Source: Candidatus Woesearchaeota archaeon | Lineage (GTDB): Archaea; Nanobdellota; Nanobdellia; CAZCWL01; CAZQAZ01 | Direction: 5' to 3' | Assembly (NCBI GenBank): GCA_964591855.1 | Contig: CAZQAZ010000002.1 | Location: 36,851-100,850 of the forward strand | Length of the DNA stretch: 64,000 nucleotides | Shown here: piece by piece, positions 10,593 to 18,950 of the stretch | How the letters are laid out: the number at the start of each line of letters is the position of its first letter | Numbering within the stretch: position 1 is the first letter of the stretch | The notes under the pieces: model-generated | Database searches by the model: none | Seen by the model: the letters and a program-made list of their open reading frames with translations, nothing else | What the model was told of the DNA's origin: nothing | Made by a program: the position numbers and the translations under genes

Positions 10593-10608
10593 AAACCTTT
10601 ATAAATAG
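10591..10608 (+). promoter_or_regulatory. BRE/TATA promoter (AAAAACC-TTTATAAATA) for the L1-L10-L12 operon
   Basis: AT-rich TATA box about 55 bp upstream of the L1 ATG. Matches the recurrent consensus seen elsewhere in this window. Confidence 0.6.
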
Positions 10609-10660
10609 ATTACTGTTAATAAATAGCAATCCGCTTACTGCTTCGGCAGGAGGAAGAAGA

Positions 10661-11308
10661 ATGGATAAAAAGAAACTTTTGGAAGCAATTAAGAAAGTAA
10701 GAGAGAATTCTAAGAAGAGGAATTTTGTACAGTCAGTTGATATGATCATAGCCCTTAAGGGTGTAGACTTAAAGAAGCCTGAAGACAGGGTTTCTGTTGT
10801 TGTTGCGTTACCACATGGCAAAGGAAAGAAGCCAAAAGTGTGTGCTCTTGTAGACAAGTCCTTAATAGTTCAAGCAAAAGAAGTCTTTGACAAAGCAATT
10901 GTCAAAGACGAGTTTAAAGACATAAAACCAAAGGAAGCAAAGAAGATAGTTGAAGATTATGATTACTTTGTAGCGCAGGCAACGATAATGTCCGATATAG
11001 CTTCTACATTTGGTAAGTATTTGGGTCCAAAAGGGAAGATGCCAGATCCAAAGTTGGGACTCATTATAACTCCAAAGACAGACTTGAAAGCCTTGAAAGA
11101 AAGATTAGGTAAGGTTCTAAGGTTAAGGATTAAGAAGAACCCTGTTTTAAGTGGAATGATTGGTGTTGAAACTATGTCTGATGAAGAATTAGCAGACAAT
11201 GCACTAGCTGTTTATAATGCTGTTGAGAAAGCTCTTCCAAGAGGAAAGCAGCAGATAGGTAAAGTTTACTTAAAGACTACAATGGGTAAGCCAGTGGTGG
11301 TCGAATGA
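10661..11308 (+). CDS. rpl1: 50S ribosomal protein L1
   Basis: 215 aa L1 family protein. GGAGG Shine-Dalgarno 7 nt upstream. Stop overlaps the L10 start. Confidence 0.9.
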   Translation: MDKKKLLEAIKKVRENSKKRNFVQSVDMIIALKGVDLKKPEDRVSVVVALPHGKGKKPKVCALVDKSLIVQAKEVFDKAIVKDEFKDIKPKEAKKIVEDYDYFVAQATIMSDIASTFGKYLGPKGKMPDPKLGLIITPKTDLKALKERLGKVLRLRIKKNPVLSGMIGVETMSDEELADNALAVYNAVEKALPRGKQQIGKVYLKTTMGKPVVVE

Positions 11309-12159
11309 GAAAAGCTGTTGAGATGAAAAAGAAAAAGGTAGAAGAATTGAAGAAGATAATGGAGTCTTACCCAGTTATAGGTATACTGGACTTAAGGAAT
11401 CTTCCTTCCAAGCAGTTCCACGAGATAAAGAAGAAGCTTTCTGATCATGCTAAGATTATTGTTTCTAAGAAAGTTGTCATCTTAAAGGCTCTTGAAGGAT
11501 TGAAGGACAAATATAAAGGCATAGAGAAGTTAGAAAGCTATGTTAAAGACATAATACCTGCAGTTATAGTCTCTGATTTGGACGCTTTCAAGTTAATGAA
11601 GAAGATAAGGGAGAACTTATCGCCAGCCCCTGCGAAGGCTGGCCAAATAGCACCAGAGGACATTGTGGTCAAGAAGGGACCTACTCCTTTTGCTCCAGGC
11701 CCAATGTTATCCGAGTTTGGTAAGATAGGTGTGAAAGCTAAGGTTGAAAATCAAAAGATAGTTGTTTTGAAGGACACAGTTGTTACGAAAAAAGGTGAAG
11801 AGGTAACAGAAGAAGTAGCAAGTATGCTTTTAAAACTTGGGATACAACCTATGAAAATAGGATTAAATCTTCTTGCTGCATATGAAGGTGGAGTTGTATT
11901 CGATAAAGATGTCTTAACAATAAATGAAGAGGAGTACATCAATAAGATTGAGACTGCATATAGGCATGCATTTAACTTGGCAATGAACGTTGGTATATTA
12001 ACCAAAGAAACAGTTGAACACATAATCCAAAAAGCATTTATAGATGCAAAGGCTCTTGCTGTTGAGTGTAATATAGTTTCAAAAGAGGTCATGGACTTAA
12101 TACTAGCGAAGGCGGAAGGTCAAGCTTCCGCTATTCATAAAATGATCCAAGGAGGGTAA
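11305..12159 (+). CDS. rpl10: 50S ribosomal protein L10 (acidic stalk protein P0)
   Basis: 284 aa, conserved L1-L10-L12 gene order. The C-terminal region resembles L12. Confidence 0.9.
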   Translation: MRKAVEMKKKKVEELKKIMESYPVIGILDLRNLPSKQFHEIKKKLSDHAKIIVSKKVVILKALEGLKDKYKGIEKLESYVKDIIPAVIVSDLDAFKLMKKIRENLSPAPAKAGQIAPEDIVVKKGPTPFAPGPMLSEFGKIGVKAKVENQKIVVLKDTVVTKKGEEVTEEVASMLLKLGIQPMKIGLNLLAAYEGGVVFDKDVLTINEEEYINKIETAYRHAFNLAMNVGILTKETVEHIIQKAFIDAKALAVECNIVSKEVMDLILAKAEGQASAIHKMIQGG

Positions 12160-12161
12160 GT

Positions 12162-12467
12162 ATGGAATACGTATATGCTGCGTTGATATTGCACAAGCTA
12201 GGAAAGGAAATAAACGAAGAGAACGTTAAGAAAGTATTAGAAGCAGCAGGAGCACAAGTAGACGAAGCAAGAGTAAAAGCATTAGTATCAGCTCTTGAAG
12301 GTGTGAACATAGATGAAGTGATAGAGAAGGCAGCTATGCCTGTAGCAGCACCAGTTGCGGCTGCAGCAACAGAGGAAGCTAAGGAAGAGAAGAAAGAAGA
12401 GAAGAAAGAGGAAGAAAAGAAGTCAACTGAGGAAGCAGTGGCAGGATTAGGTGCATTGTTCGGCTAA
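12162..12467 (+). CDS. rpl12: 50S ribosomal protein L12 (P1 stalk protein)
   Basis: N-terminus [22 protein letters not shown]. Ala/Glu/Lys-rich hinge and a C-terminal GLGALFG. Confidence 0.9.
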   Translation: MEYVYAALILHKLGKEINEENVKKVLEAAGAQVDEARVKALVSALEGVNIDEVIEKAAMPVAAPVAAAATEEAKEEKKEEKKEEEKKSTEEAVAGLGALFG

Positions 12468-12528
12468 ACACTCTTTTTATTTTCTATTTTATAGCAAAGT
12501 TTTTAGTCTAGGGTATCTTAGTTTTTGT

Positions 12529-13755
12529 ATGGATAAGTTATTATACATAATACTAGATGGTGTTGCTGATAGACCTAATAAGATCTTAGATGGCAAGACT
12601 CCGTTGGAAGCTGCAAGTACACCACACCTTGATTACTTTGCAAGAGAAGGAAAGCTAGGATACGTTTACACTGTTAAAGAAGGTATAGCTCCTGAGTCTG
12701 ATATAGCAGTTTATGCTCTTCTAGGAAATAAGCCTGAGAAGCACACAGGTAGAGGTCCAATTGAAGCACTTGGTTCGGGAATGACTCTACCTAGAAATTA
12801 TCTTGCAATGAGAACAAACTTTGCTACACTTAAAGGAGATGAGATTGTAGATAGGAGGGCAGGTAGAATAATAACTAAGAAAGAAGGGAAAGTTCTTGAG
12901 GATGCAATTAATAGTATAAATTTGTCTGTACCTTTTAAGTTCAAACACACAATTTCGCATAGAGGAGTTGTTGTTTTTGAGGGTGTGTTCTCTCCAAACA
13001 TCTCCAATACAGATCCTGCTTATACGAGGGTTGGAACATTTGGTGTTGTAAATTCAAAGTTCAAGAACAAGGTGCAGGAGTGTAAGCCTCTTGAGAACAG
13101 TCTAGAAGCCAACAATGCAGCTTTGGTTGTTAACGAGTTTGTGTCCAAAGTTAGAGATGTCCTATCGAGATTAGAGCTTAATGAAGAAAGAATACAAAGA
13201 GGCTTGAATCCAGTTAATGGGATTCTTCTTAGAGATGCAGGAGTTTCTTTACCAAAGATGGTTGATCTAAATAAACTTACTGGAAGAAAGTGGGCATCGA
13301 TTGTTGGCATGCCTTTGGAGAATGGTTTATCCATTCTAGCGCACATAAAGCCAATACACTTTTCTTATCCCGATGTTGAGGATTTACACTCTTTCTTGAT
13401 TACGGAGATAAAAGAAGCACTTAAGAACATAAGTAAAAGCTATGATGCATTTTACATTCATATAAAGCAGACTGACATCCCTGGACACGATGGGAATCCT
13501 ATGCTTAAAAAGGAGTTAATAGAGATACTTGATCAAGAGTTCTTCTCAAGGCTTGTTGATCAAGACTTTGATATTTGCGTCACTGCTGATCATGCTACAC
13601 CTTGTGAACTAAAAGCCCATTCCTCAGACCCTGTACCTCTCCTTTTCTTCTCAAGAAGAATGGAGGGAGATTCTGCAAAGAGATTCACAGAAAAGGAAGC
13701 TATGAAAGGTTCCCTGGGCAAATTATATGGTTACCAAGTACCTTTACTGTTCTAA
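12529..13755 (+). CDS. apgM: 2,3-bisphosphoglycerate-independent phosphoglycerate mutase, archaeal type (ApgM)
   Basis: LYIILDGVADRP N-terminal motif. Start placed at the internal ATG (MDKLLYI); the track ORF begins at 12451 and overlaps L12. Confidence 0.8.
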   Translation: MDKLLYIILDGVADRPNKILDGKTPLEAASTPHLDYFAREGKLGYVYTVKEGIAPESDIAVYALLGNKPEKHTGRGPIEALGSGMTLPRNYLAMRTNFATLKGDEIVDRRAGRIITKKEGKVLEDAINSINLSVPFKFKHTISHRGVVVFEGVFSPNISNTDPAYTRVGTFGVVNSKFKNKVQECKPLENSLEANNAALVVNEFVSKVRDVLSRLELNEERIQRGLNPVNGILLRDAGVSLPKMVDLNKLTGRKWASIVGMPLENGLSILAHIKPIHFSYPDVEDLHSFLITEIKEALKNISKSYDAFYIHIKQTDIPGHDGNPMLKKELIEILDQEFFSRLVDQDFDICVTADHATPCELKAHSSDPVPLLFFSRRMEGDSAKRFTEKEAMKGSLGKLYGYQVPLLF

Positions 13756-13756
13756 C

Positions 13757-13774
13757 AAAAACCTTAAATAATAG
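13757..13774 (+). promoter_or_regulatory. BRE/TATA promoter (AAAAACC-TTAAATAATA) for tRNA-Val
   Basis: TATA centre lies about 29 nt upstream of tRNA nucleotide 1. Confidence 0.6.
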
Positions 13775-13796
13775 ACTTTAGTTTTTAACTTTGAAT

Positions 13797-13868
13797 GGGC
13801 TTGTGGTCTAGGGGTATGACGTCGCCCTTACACGGCGAAGGTCGCCGGTTCGAATCCGGCCAAGCCCA
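13797..13868 (+). tRNA. tRNA-Val (anticodon TAC)
   Basis: Cloverleaf folded by hand. Acceptor GGGCTTG/CAAGCCC, anticodon loop CTTACAC, T-arm GCCGG-TTCGAAT-CCGGC. No encoded CCA. Confidence 0.85.
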
Positions 13869-14399
13869 TTACTTCTTTTTACCCCACATCTCATAGAAGA
13901 TAAGATCATGTAGGCCTCTTCTTATAGGTATTCTAGCACTTTTGGAGTAGTGGCCTATTGTCACTAGACCAATAACTTTCACATGCTTTGGTATGCCAAG
14001 TATAGTTCTTACTTTCTCAGAGTCAAAGGCACCAACCCAACAAGAACCAAGTCCCAATTCTGTAGCCATTAATAACATGTTTTCTATAGCTGCCCCACCA
14101 TCGCACAATGCATATCTATATGCCATCTCGCCATACTTTGCCTCTAGAATCTCAAGGTTGGCACAAACAGCTATAATCACAGGAGCTTTGACTATCCAGT
14201 CCTGACCAAATGCTGCTTGGGCAAGTCTTTCTTTAATGAACTTTTTCCTTACTATAATGTATCTAATCTCTTGTGAATTACCAGCTGTTGGAGCCCATCT
14301 CCCGGCATTTATGATCTTAAGAACATCGTCCTCAGAAACAGGCCTGTCATCATACTCTCTTATGGACCTTCTATTTATTACAAGGTTCTCGAAGTTCAT
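13869..14399 (-). CDS. Nitroreductase-family NAD(P)H oxidoreductase
   Basis: RRSIREYDDRPVSEDDVLKIINAGRWAPTAGNSQ nitroreductase fold signature. Confidence 0.75.
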   Translation of the reverse strand: MNFENLVINRRSIREYDDRPVSEDDVLKIINAGRWAPTAGNSQEIRYIIVRKKFIKERLAQAAFGQDWIVKAPVIIAVCANLEILEAKYGEMAYRYALCDGGAAIENMLLMATELGLGSCWVGAFDSEKVRTILGIPKHVKVIGLVTIGHYSKSARIPIRRGLHDLIFYEMWGKKK

Positions 14400-14454
14400 A
14401 AACTTTATAAATAAATGTTAGTAATAAACCTTTCTGATACAACTCTTGAATAGT

Positions 14455-14470
14455 AAAAACATTTATAAAT
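14455..14470 (+). promoter_or_regulatory. BRE/TATA promoter (AAAAACA-TTTATAAAT) for the TrmB-like regulator gene
   Basis: TATA about 31 nt upstream of the ATG at 14501, consistent with a near-leaderless transcript. Confidence 0.5.
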
Positions 14471-14500
14471 GTGAAACTCAAACAATAATTGTGGTGTAAG

Positions 14501-15277
14501 ATGGTACTAAGCGAAGAGACGTTGGCAAAATTAAGGAGAATGTTTGGATTGAATCTTTATGAAGTAAGGATCTGGACAGCTTTGCTATCTAGAGGTAAGA
14601 GTACAGCTGGAGAATTATCTGAGATAGCAAATGTTCCAAGATCAAGAACCTATGATATTCTAGAATCCTTAGAGAAGAAAGGTTTTGTGATGATGAAGAT
14701 GGGTAAGCCAATTCAGTATTTAGCTATACCACCAAACGAGGTTATAGAAAGAGCGAAGGCAAATCTTGAGAAGGAAAAGAAGATGAAAGAGAAGATGTTA
14801 GATGAGCTAAAGAAGTCAAAGGAAATGAGTGAACTTCAATTGTTGTTCAAGCAAGGAATAGAGTATATCGACCCACTTGATCTTTCTGGTGTAGTTAGAG
14901 GTAGAGAAAACATATATGCAAGATTGGAAGCCATGATAAACAATTCCAAAAAGCATGTTAACATAGTAGTTCCTCCATCAGAGGTTAAGGACAAGTTTGA
15001 AGCAGTGAAGAAGGCCATTGAGAAGGCAAAGAAAAGAGGTGTGAAGGTTAATATCATAACTAAATCCACGCCGGAGAATAAAGACTTAATTCAAGCTGTT
15101 GCAAAGATGGCCAACATAAAAGAAAAAGATTTGAATGCAAGAATAGCAATAGCCGACAACAAACAAGTTTTATTCATGCTCTTGCCTCATGAAGAAGTGC
15201 ATCCAAAGTACGATGTTGGTGTTTGGGTGCAGTCTGAATTGTTTGCAAATGCTTTGAACAAGATGATAGGCCAGTAA
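14501..15277 (+). CDS. TrmB-family winged-helix transcriptional regulator
   Basis: N-terminal TrmB-type HTH (YEVRIWTALLSRGKSTAGELSEIANVPRSRTYDILESLEKKGFV) followed by a coiled coil. Start moved to the ATG downstream of the promoter; the track start at 14489 is TTG. Confidence 0.7.
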   Translation: MVLSEETLAKLRRMFGLNLYEVRIWTALLSRGKSTAGELSEIANVPRSRTYDILESLEKKGFVMMKMGKPIQYLAIPPNEVIERAKANLEKEKKMKEKMLDELKKSKEMSELQLLFKQGIEYIDPLDLSGVVRGRENIYARLEAMINNSKKHVNIVVPPSEVKDKFEAVKKAIEKAKKRGVKVNIITKSTPENKDLIQAVAKMANIKEKDLNARIAIADNKQVLFMLLPHEEVHPKYDVGVWVQSELFANALNKMIGQ

Positions 15278-15317
15278 TTTCAATAAGTTTTTATATCGAA
15301 TTCTTTGTTCTGTTCTT

Positions 15318-16859
15318 ATGACCAATGAAGAGCAAAGAGAGTTAGCTATAAAAGAGATAATAGATAATTTAGATAGTGTTAACTCTAAAGAAGAATTAGA
15401 AAAGTTGAAGTATAAGGTTTGTAGGAAGTACAAGGTTCCATTGATGCTCAATGCAGATATTCTATCCAGGATCAAAAACCCGTCAGATAAAGTAAAGGAG
15501 CTGCTGACCACGAAACCAATTAGAAGTTTATCTGGTGTTAGTGTCGTTGCTGTGATGACAAAACCATTCCCATGTCCCCATGGTAAATGTGTGATGTGTC
15601 CACAAGGTAAGAATGCCCCGCAAAGTTATACTGGAAAAGAACCTGCCACAATGAGAGCCATTAGTGCTAATTATGATCCCACACTCCAAGTTAAGAATAG
15701 GATAAGACAACTTGAATTAACTGGGCATCCAACTGATAAAATAGAAGTAATTGTTATGGGAGGAACTTTTACTTCTATGCCAAGAGATTACACCACGAAT
15801 TTTGTTAAGGGCATCTTTGATGGTCTGAATGGAGTAAAGGCTAGAACTCTTGAAGAAGCACACATGCTAAATGAGGAATCTAAGCACAGATGCGTTGGAT
15901 TAACTATAGAGACAAGACCTGATTATTGCTTTGAGGACGACATAAGGTATATCCTTAGCCTTGGTGCTACAAGAGTAGAGATTGGTGTGCAGTCTACTTT
16001 TGATGATGTGCTTAAGAAGATAAAGAGAGGACATACTGTGCAGGATTCCATCAAAGCAACACAACTACTGAAGGACTCTTCTTATAAAATAAACTATCAC
16101 ATGATGACGGGTCTCCCAGGATCTAACCCAAAGAAAGACCTTGAGTCATTTAAAAAAATATTTCAAGATCAAAGATTCAAGCCAGATATGATTAAGATAT
16201 ATCCTACTATGGTCATAAAAGGTACGGAGTTGTATGATATGTGGAAGAGGGGAGAATACGAGCCTTACTCTCAAGAAACTCTGATTAACTTATTGGCTGA
16301 CATAAAAAGAATAACTCCAAGATGGGTTAGAATAATGAGGATACAAAGAGACATTCCTCTCAATCAGGCTGAAGCAGGAGTTTTAAAGGGAAATATAAGA
16401 GAAATCTTAAAGACAAAAGTGAAGTGTAATTGTATAAGGTGTAGAGAAGTAGGACATAAGGATCCAAAGTTAGTTAAGGGTCTAAAGCCAAAACTTTTCG
16501 TGGAGGAGTATAGAGCATCCAACTCGAAAGAGTTTTTCATATCCTTCGAAAGCGAAGATCAAGAAGTACTCTTCGGCTTCATAAGGTTAAGAATACCTTA
16601 CAAGCCATTCATGGAGCAAATAACTAAGACTACTGGCTTAATTAGAGAGCTTCACGTGTATGGTAAAGAAGCAAGTTTAGGAAAGGAAGGGTATGTGCAA
16701 CACAAGGGCCTTGGTAGAAAACTTCTAGAGGAAGCGGAGTCCATAGCCAAGTCTGAAGGTATGGACAAGATGGTGATAATAAGTGGTGTTGGAGTTAGGC
16801 CATACTTTAAAAAGTTTGGCTATAGAAGAGATGGTCCATACATGTCAAAATCATTATAA
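15318..16859 (+). CDS. elp3: Elp3-like radical SAM/GNAT tRNA uridine-34 modification enzyme
   Basis: CPHGKCVMC (CX4CX2C) radical-SAM cluster, a C-terminal GNAT domain, and the FPCPHGKC motif typical of Elp3. Confidence 0.9.
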   Translation: MTNEEQRELAIKEIIDNLDSVNSKEELEKLKYKVCRKYKVPLMLNADILSRIKNPSDKVKELLTTKPIRSLSGVSVVAVMTKPFPCPHGKCVMCPQGKNAPQSYTGKEPATMRAISANYDPTLQVKNRIRQLELTGHPTDKIEVIVMGGTFTSMPRDYTTNFVKGIFDGLNGVKARTLEEAHMLNEESKHRCVGLTIETRPDYCFEDDIRYILSLGATRVEIGVQSTFDDVLKKIKRGHTVQDSIKATQLLKDSSYKINYHMMTGLPGSNPKKDLESFKKIFQDQRFKPDMIKIYPTMVIKGTELYDMWKRGEYEPYSQETLINLLADIKRITPRWVRIMRIQRDIPLNQAEAGVLKGNIREILKTKVKCNCIRCREVGHKDPKLVKGLKPKLFVEEYRASNSKEFFISFESEDQEVLFGFIRLRIPYKPFMEQITKTTGLIRELHVYGKEASLGKEGYVQHKGLGRKLLEEAESIAKSEGMDKMVIISGVGVRPYFKKFGYRRDGPYMSKSL

Positions 16860-16871
16860 ACAGGAACAGAC

Positions 16872-17987
16872 TTGTTATATTTGGTGATGGAGATGAAGAT
16901 AAAGTTCTCAAGGAAACCTGTTGTCTGCTACGAAGATGAATCTGTGTTTAAGGCAATATCTAGAATGGAGAGAAATAAAGTTAAGGCCTTACCTGTTGTG
17001 GACAAGAAGGGAAGGCTTAAGGGAATTTTCTCAGAGTACAGGATTTTATATCAGCTCAAAAATCCAAATGAGTACACTAAGGTTAAGTCGGCTATGCAAA
17101 GTGCAACTTCTTTAGAAAAAGATAAAGATGAACTTCAAGCCCTTAATCTAATGGTACAGACAGGATTTGAAACTATACCAGTAGTTGTGAAGGACAAAGT
17201 TGTAGGTATAATCTCAGACTATGATATGCTTAAGAAGTTCAAGGATTCACCTTTGTTTAAGCACATGCTTGTAACAGACATAATGTACAAGGCTGTGAAG
17301 GTTAAGCACGATGACCCAATATCAAAAGCTAGAGACCTAATGAAGAAAAACAGGGTGGACTCCCTCCCTGTTTATAAGAGAGATGATTTCATAGGCGTAG
17401 CTGTGGCCCGCAGGTTGCTTGAGAAGTTCTTAAGCATACCAATAACAAAAGAAGCCAGGAAGGGCGAGAGGGTTGGAATAAAACTTAAAAGATTTTCTGC
17501 ACCAGTTGAGACTTTAATTGAGAGATCAATAAAGCCAATATCCGATACAGACACATTAAGTGAAGGTCTAGCAAAACTCTTGAAGTATAATTTATCATCA
17601 CTTCCTATCCTTAAAGGAAGTGAAGTGGTTGGCTTTTTAAGAAGAATGGACATAATGAAGCTAATTAGTAACAAGCTTAAATCTAAAGACATATTCGTTA
17701 ACGTATCCGGTAAAGTTAGTCTCGAAGAGGCTAGAGCTATAATCGAACAGGTAAAGGATAGAATTAAAAAAGTGAATTACTTGTTTAAGAACACAAGAAG
17801 GGTGGACATTTACATAAAGAGGCCATTAATCAAACATTACTTCGTAGCACATATGTACCTTGATAACCCAAGATTACAGGTTAAGTACGAAGGAAAAGAT
17901 CTTATGAAGACCATACACGACACTATGGACAAGGTTGAGGAGATACTAGAAAAAGAGCTAAGGATTAAAAAGTCTAGAAAGCATTAG
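16872..17987 (+). CDS. Four-CBS-domain protein fused to a C-terminal HPF/YfiA (S30AE)-like ribosome hibernation domain
   Basis: Four CBS repeats across aa 10-265. The C-terminal 95 aa (IFVNVSGKVSLEEARAIIEQVKDRIKK...MYLDNPRLQVKYEGKDLMKTIHDTMDKVEEILEKELRIKKSRKH) aligns by eye with bacterial HPF/RaiA. Confidence 0.55.
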   Translation: MLYLVMEMKIKFSRKPVVCYEDESVFKAISRMERNKVKALPVVDKKGRLKGIFSEYRILYQLKNPNEYTKVKSAMQSATSLEKDKDELQALNLMVQTGFETIPVVVKDKVVGIISDYDMLKKFKDSPLFKHMLVTDIMYKAVKVKHDDPISKARDLMKKNRVDSLPVYKRDDFIGVAVARRLLEKFLSIPITKEARKGERVGIKLKRFSAPVETLIERSIKPISDTDTLSEGLAKLLKYNLSSLPILKGSEVVGFLRRMDIMKLISNKLKSKDIFVNVSGKVSLEEARAIIEQVKDRIKKVNYLFKNTRRVDIYIKRPLIKHYFVAHMYLDNPRLQVKYEGKDLMKTIHDTMDKVEEILEKELRIKKSRKH

Positions 17988-17996
17988 TTTTAGGGA

Positions 17997-18069
17997 AGCC
18001 CCGTCGTCTAGTGGTCAAGGATGCGGGCCTTTGGAGCCTGAGACCCCGGTTCGAATCCGGGCGGGGCTA
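17997..18069 (+). tRNA. tRNA-Gln (anticodon TTG)
   Basis: Acceptor AGCCCCG/CGGGGCT. Anticodon stem CGGGC/GCCTG with loop CTTTGGA. T-arm CCCGG-TTCGAAT-CCGGG. The D-arm pairing is imperfect in the hand fold. Confidence 0.75.
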
Positions 18070-18106
18070 TCATAATTTTTATAAAAGTTCTTATGGTGTT
18101 GAGAAC

Positions 18107-18946
18107 ATGGACTTCGATTCTAATAGAGGAGAAGAGCTTGTCAGGATAGTAATGGATGCTTACTCTTCTAGAGATCCAAAGGAATACTTGGGAAACTTGC
18201 TCCTCCCAGGCGTAGAAACAAATAGCAGAGAGCAAGCTAATTTCTTGTTCTTTGTTGCTATGTTATCCCCCTTCAACAATTCAAATACTTTAGTCAAGAG
18301 AGCAAAGCGCATCTACTCAAAACATAGCGAGATTTTTGACCCAGATAGTGTGGTAGAAGCTATAGAGAAGGATAGAAGTCTCTTTATAGCAACCCTGAGG
18401 GATTTGGAGAATAGGGAAGATTATATAGAAGCGTGGTGTAACAACTCACGAAGGCTGAAGGAGAAGTACAGCTCAGATGCTAGGAAGATATTCGAAACAT
18501 CATCTTACAAGCAGGCTATGGACAACATAACATCCTTCGATAGGTTTGGTGAGAAAACTGGTTCTATGCTTTTAGGATGGTACATCACTCTTGGATTGGT
18601 CGAAGATAATTGGGATGATATATACAATTATCCTACACCTTTAGACACACAAGTTATGAAGTTACTTGTTGGAAGAGAGGTTGTGAGCTTTGAAGGTGAG
18701 GTTGATTACGAGCCTTTGTTTAAGAGAGTTAGACAGGAATTCTCAAGTTTACTTCATGAGTTGGGAGTTAATCCATACTTGTTCCACGACGCAGCTTGGG
18801 ATTATGTTACAGGAGTGTGTAGATATTGTGAAAGGGCGCAGCACCCAGAGTGTTTATTTGGAGAACCTTGTAGGGTAGAATTAGTCACCTCAGATACGAA
18901 ACGTAGGGGGAAAGTTCGAATTACAAAGAAGGAATTTTTCACTTAA
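18107..18946 (+). CDS. Hypothetical protein with a possible HhH-GPD-like motif (PLDTQVMKLLVGRE) and a C-terminal 4-Cys cluster (CX2CX6CX5C)
   Basis: Start moved to the first ATG downstream of the tRNA (MDFDSNRGEEL). A TATA box (TTTTTATAAAAG) lies about 20 nt upstream. The function call is weak. Confidence 0.45.
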   Translation: MDFDSNRGEELVRIVMDAYSSRDPKEYLGNLLLPGVETNSREQANFLFFVAMLSPFNNSNTLVKRAKRIYSKHSEIFDPDSVVEAIEKDRSLFIATLRDLENREDYIEAWCNNSRRLKEKYSSDARKIFETSSYKQAMDNITSFDRFGEKTGSMLLGWYITLGLVEDNWDDIYNYPTPLDTQVMKLLVGREVVSFEGEVDYEPLFKRVRQEFSSLLHELGVNPYLFHDAAWDYVTGVCRYCERAQHPECLFGEPCRVELVTSDTKRRGKVRITKKEFFT

Positions 18947-18950
18947 GAAG

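Noticed and set aside
12372-12440. Purine-rich GAAGAGAAGAAAGAA repeats at the 3' ends of L12 (also S24e, 52740-52860)
   Set aside because: These encode the expected Glu/Lys-rich acidic tails of stalk and ribosomal proteins. They are coding low-complexity, not a regulatory repeat or mobile-element scar.
14401-14417. Second TATA-like element (CTTTATAAATAAA) only 4 nt from the nitroreductase start codon
   Set aside because: It is too close to serve as that gene's promoter (about -27 is needed). It may be an upstream auxiliary element for the plus-strand TrmB-like gene, or just AT-rich spacer. It was not called as a separate feature.
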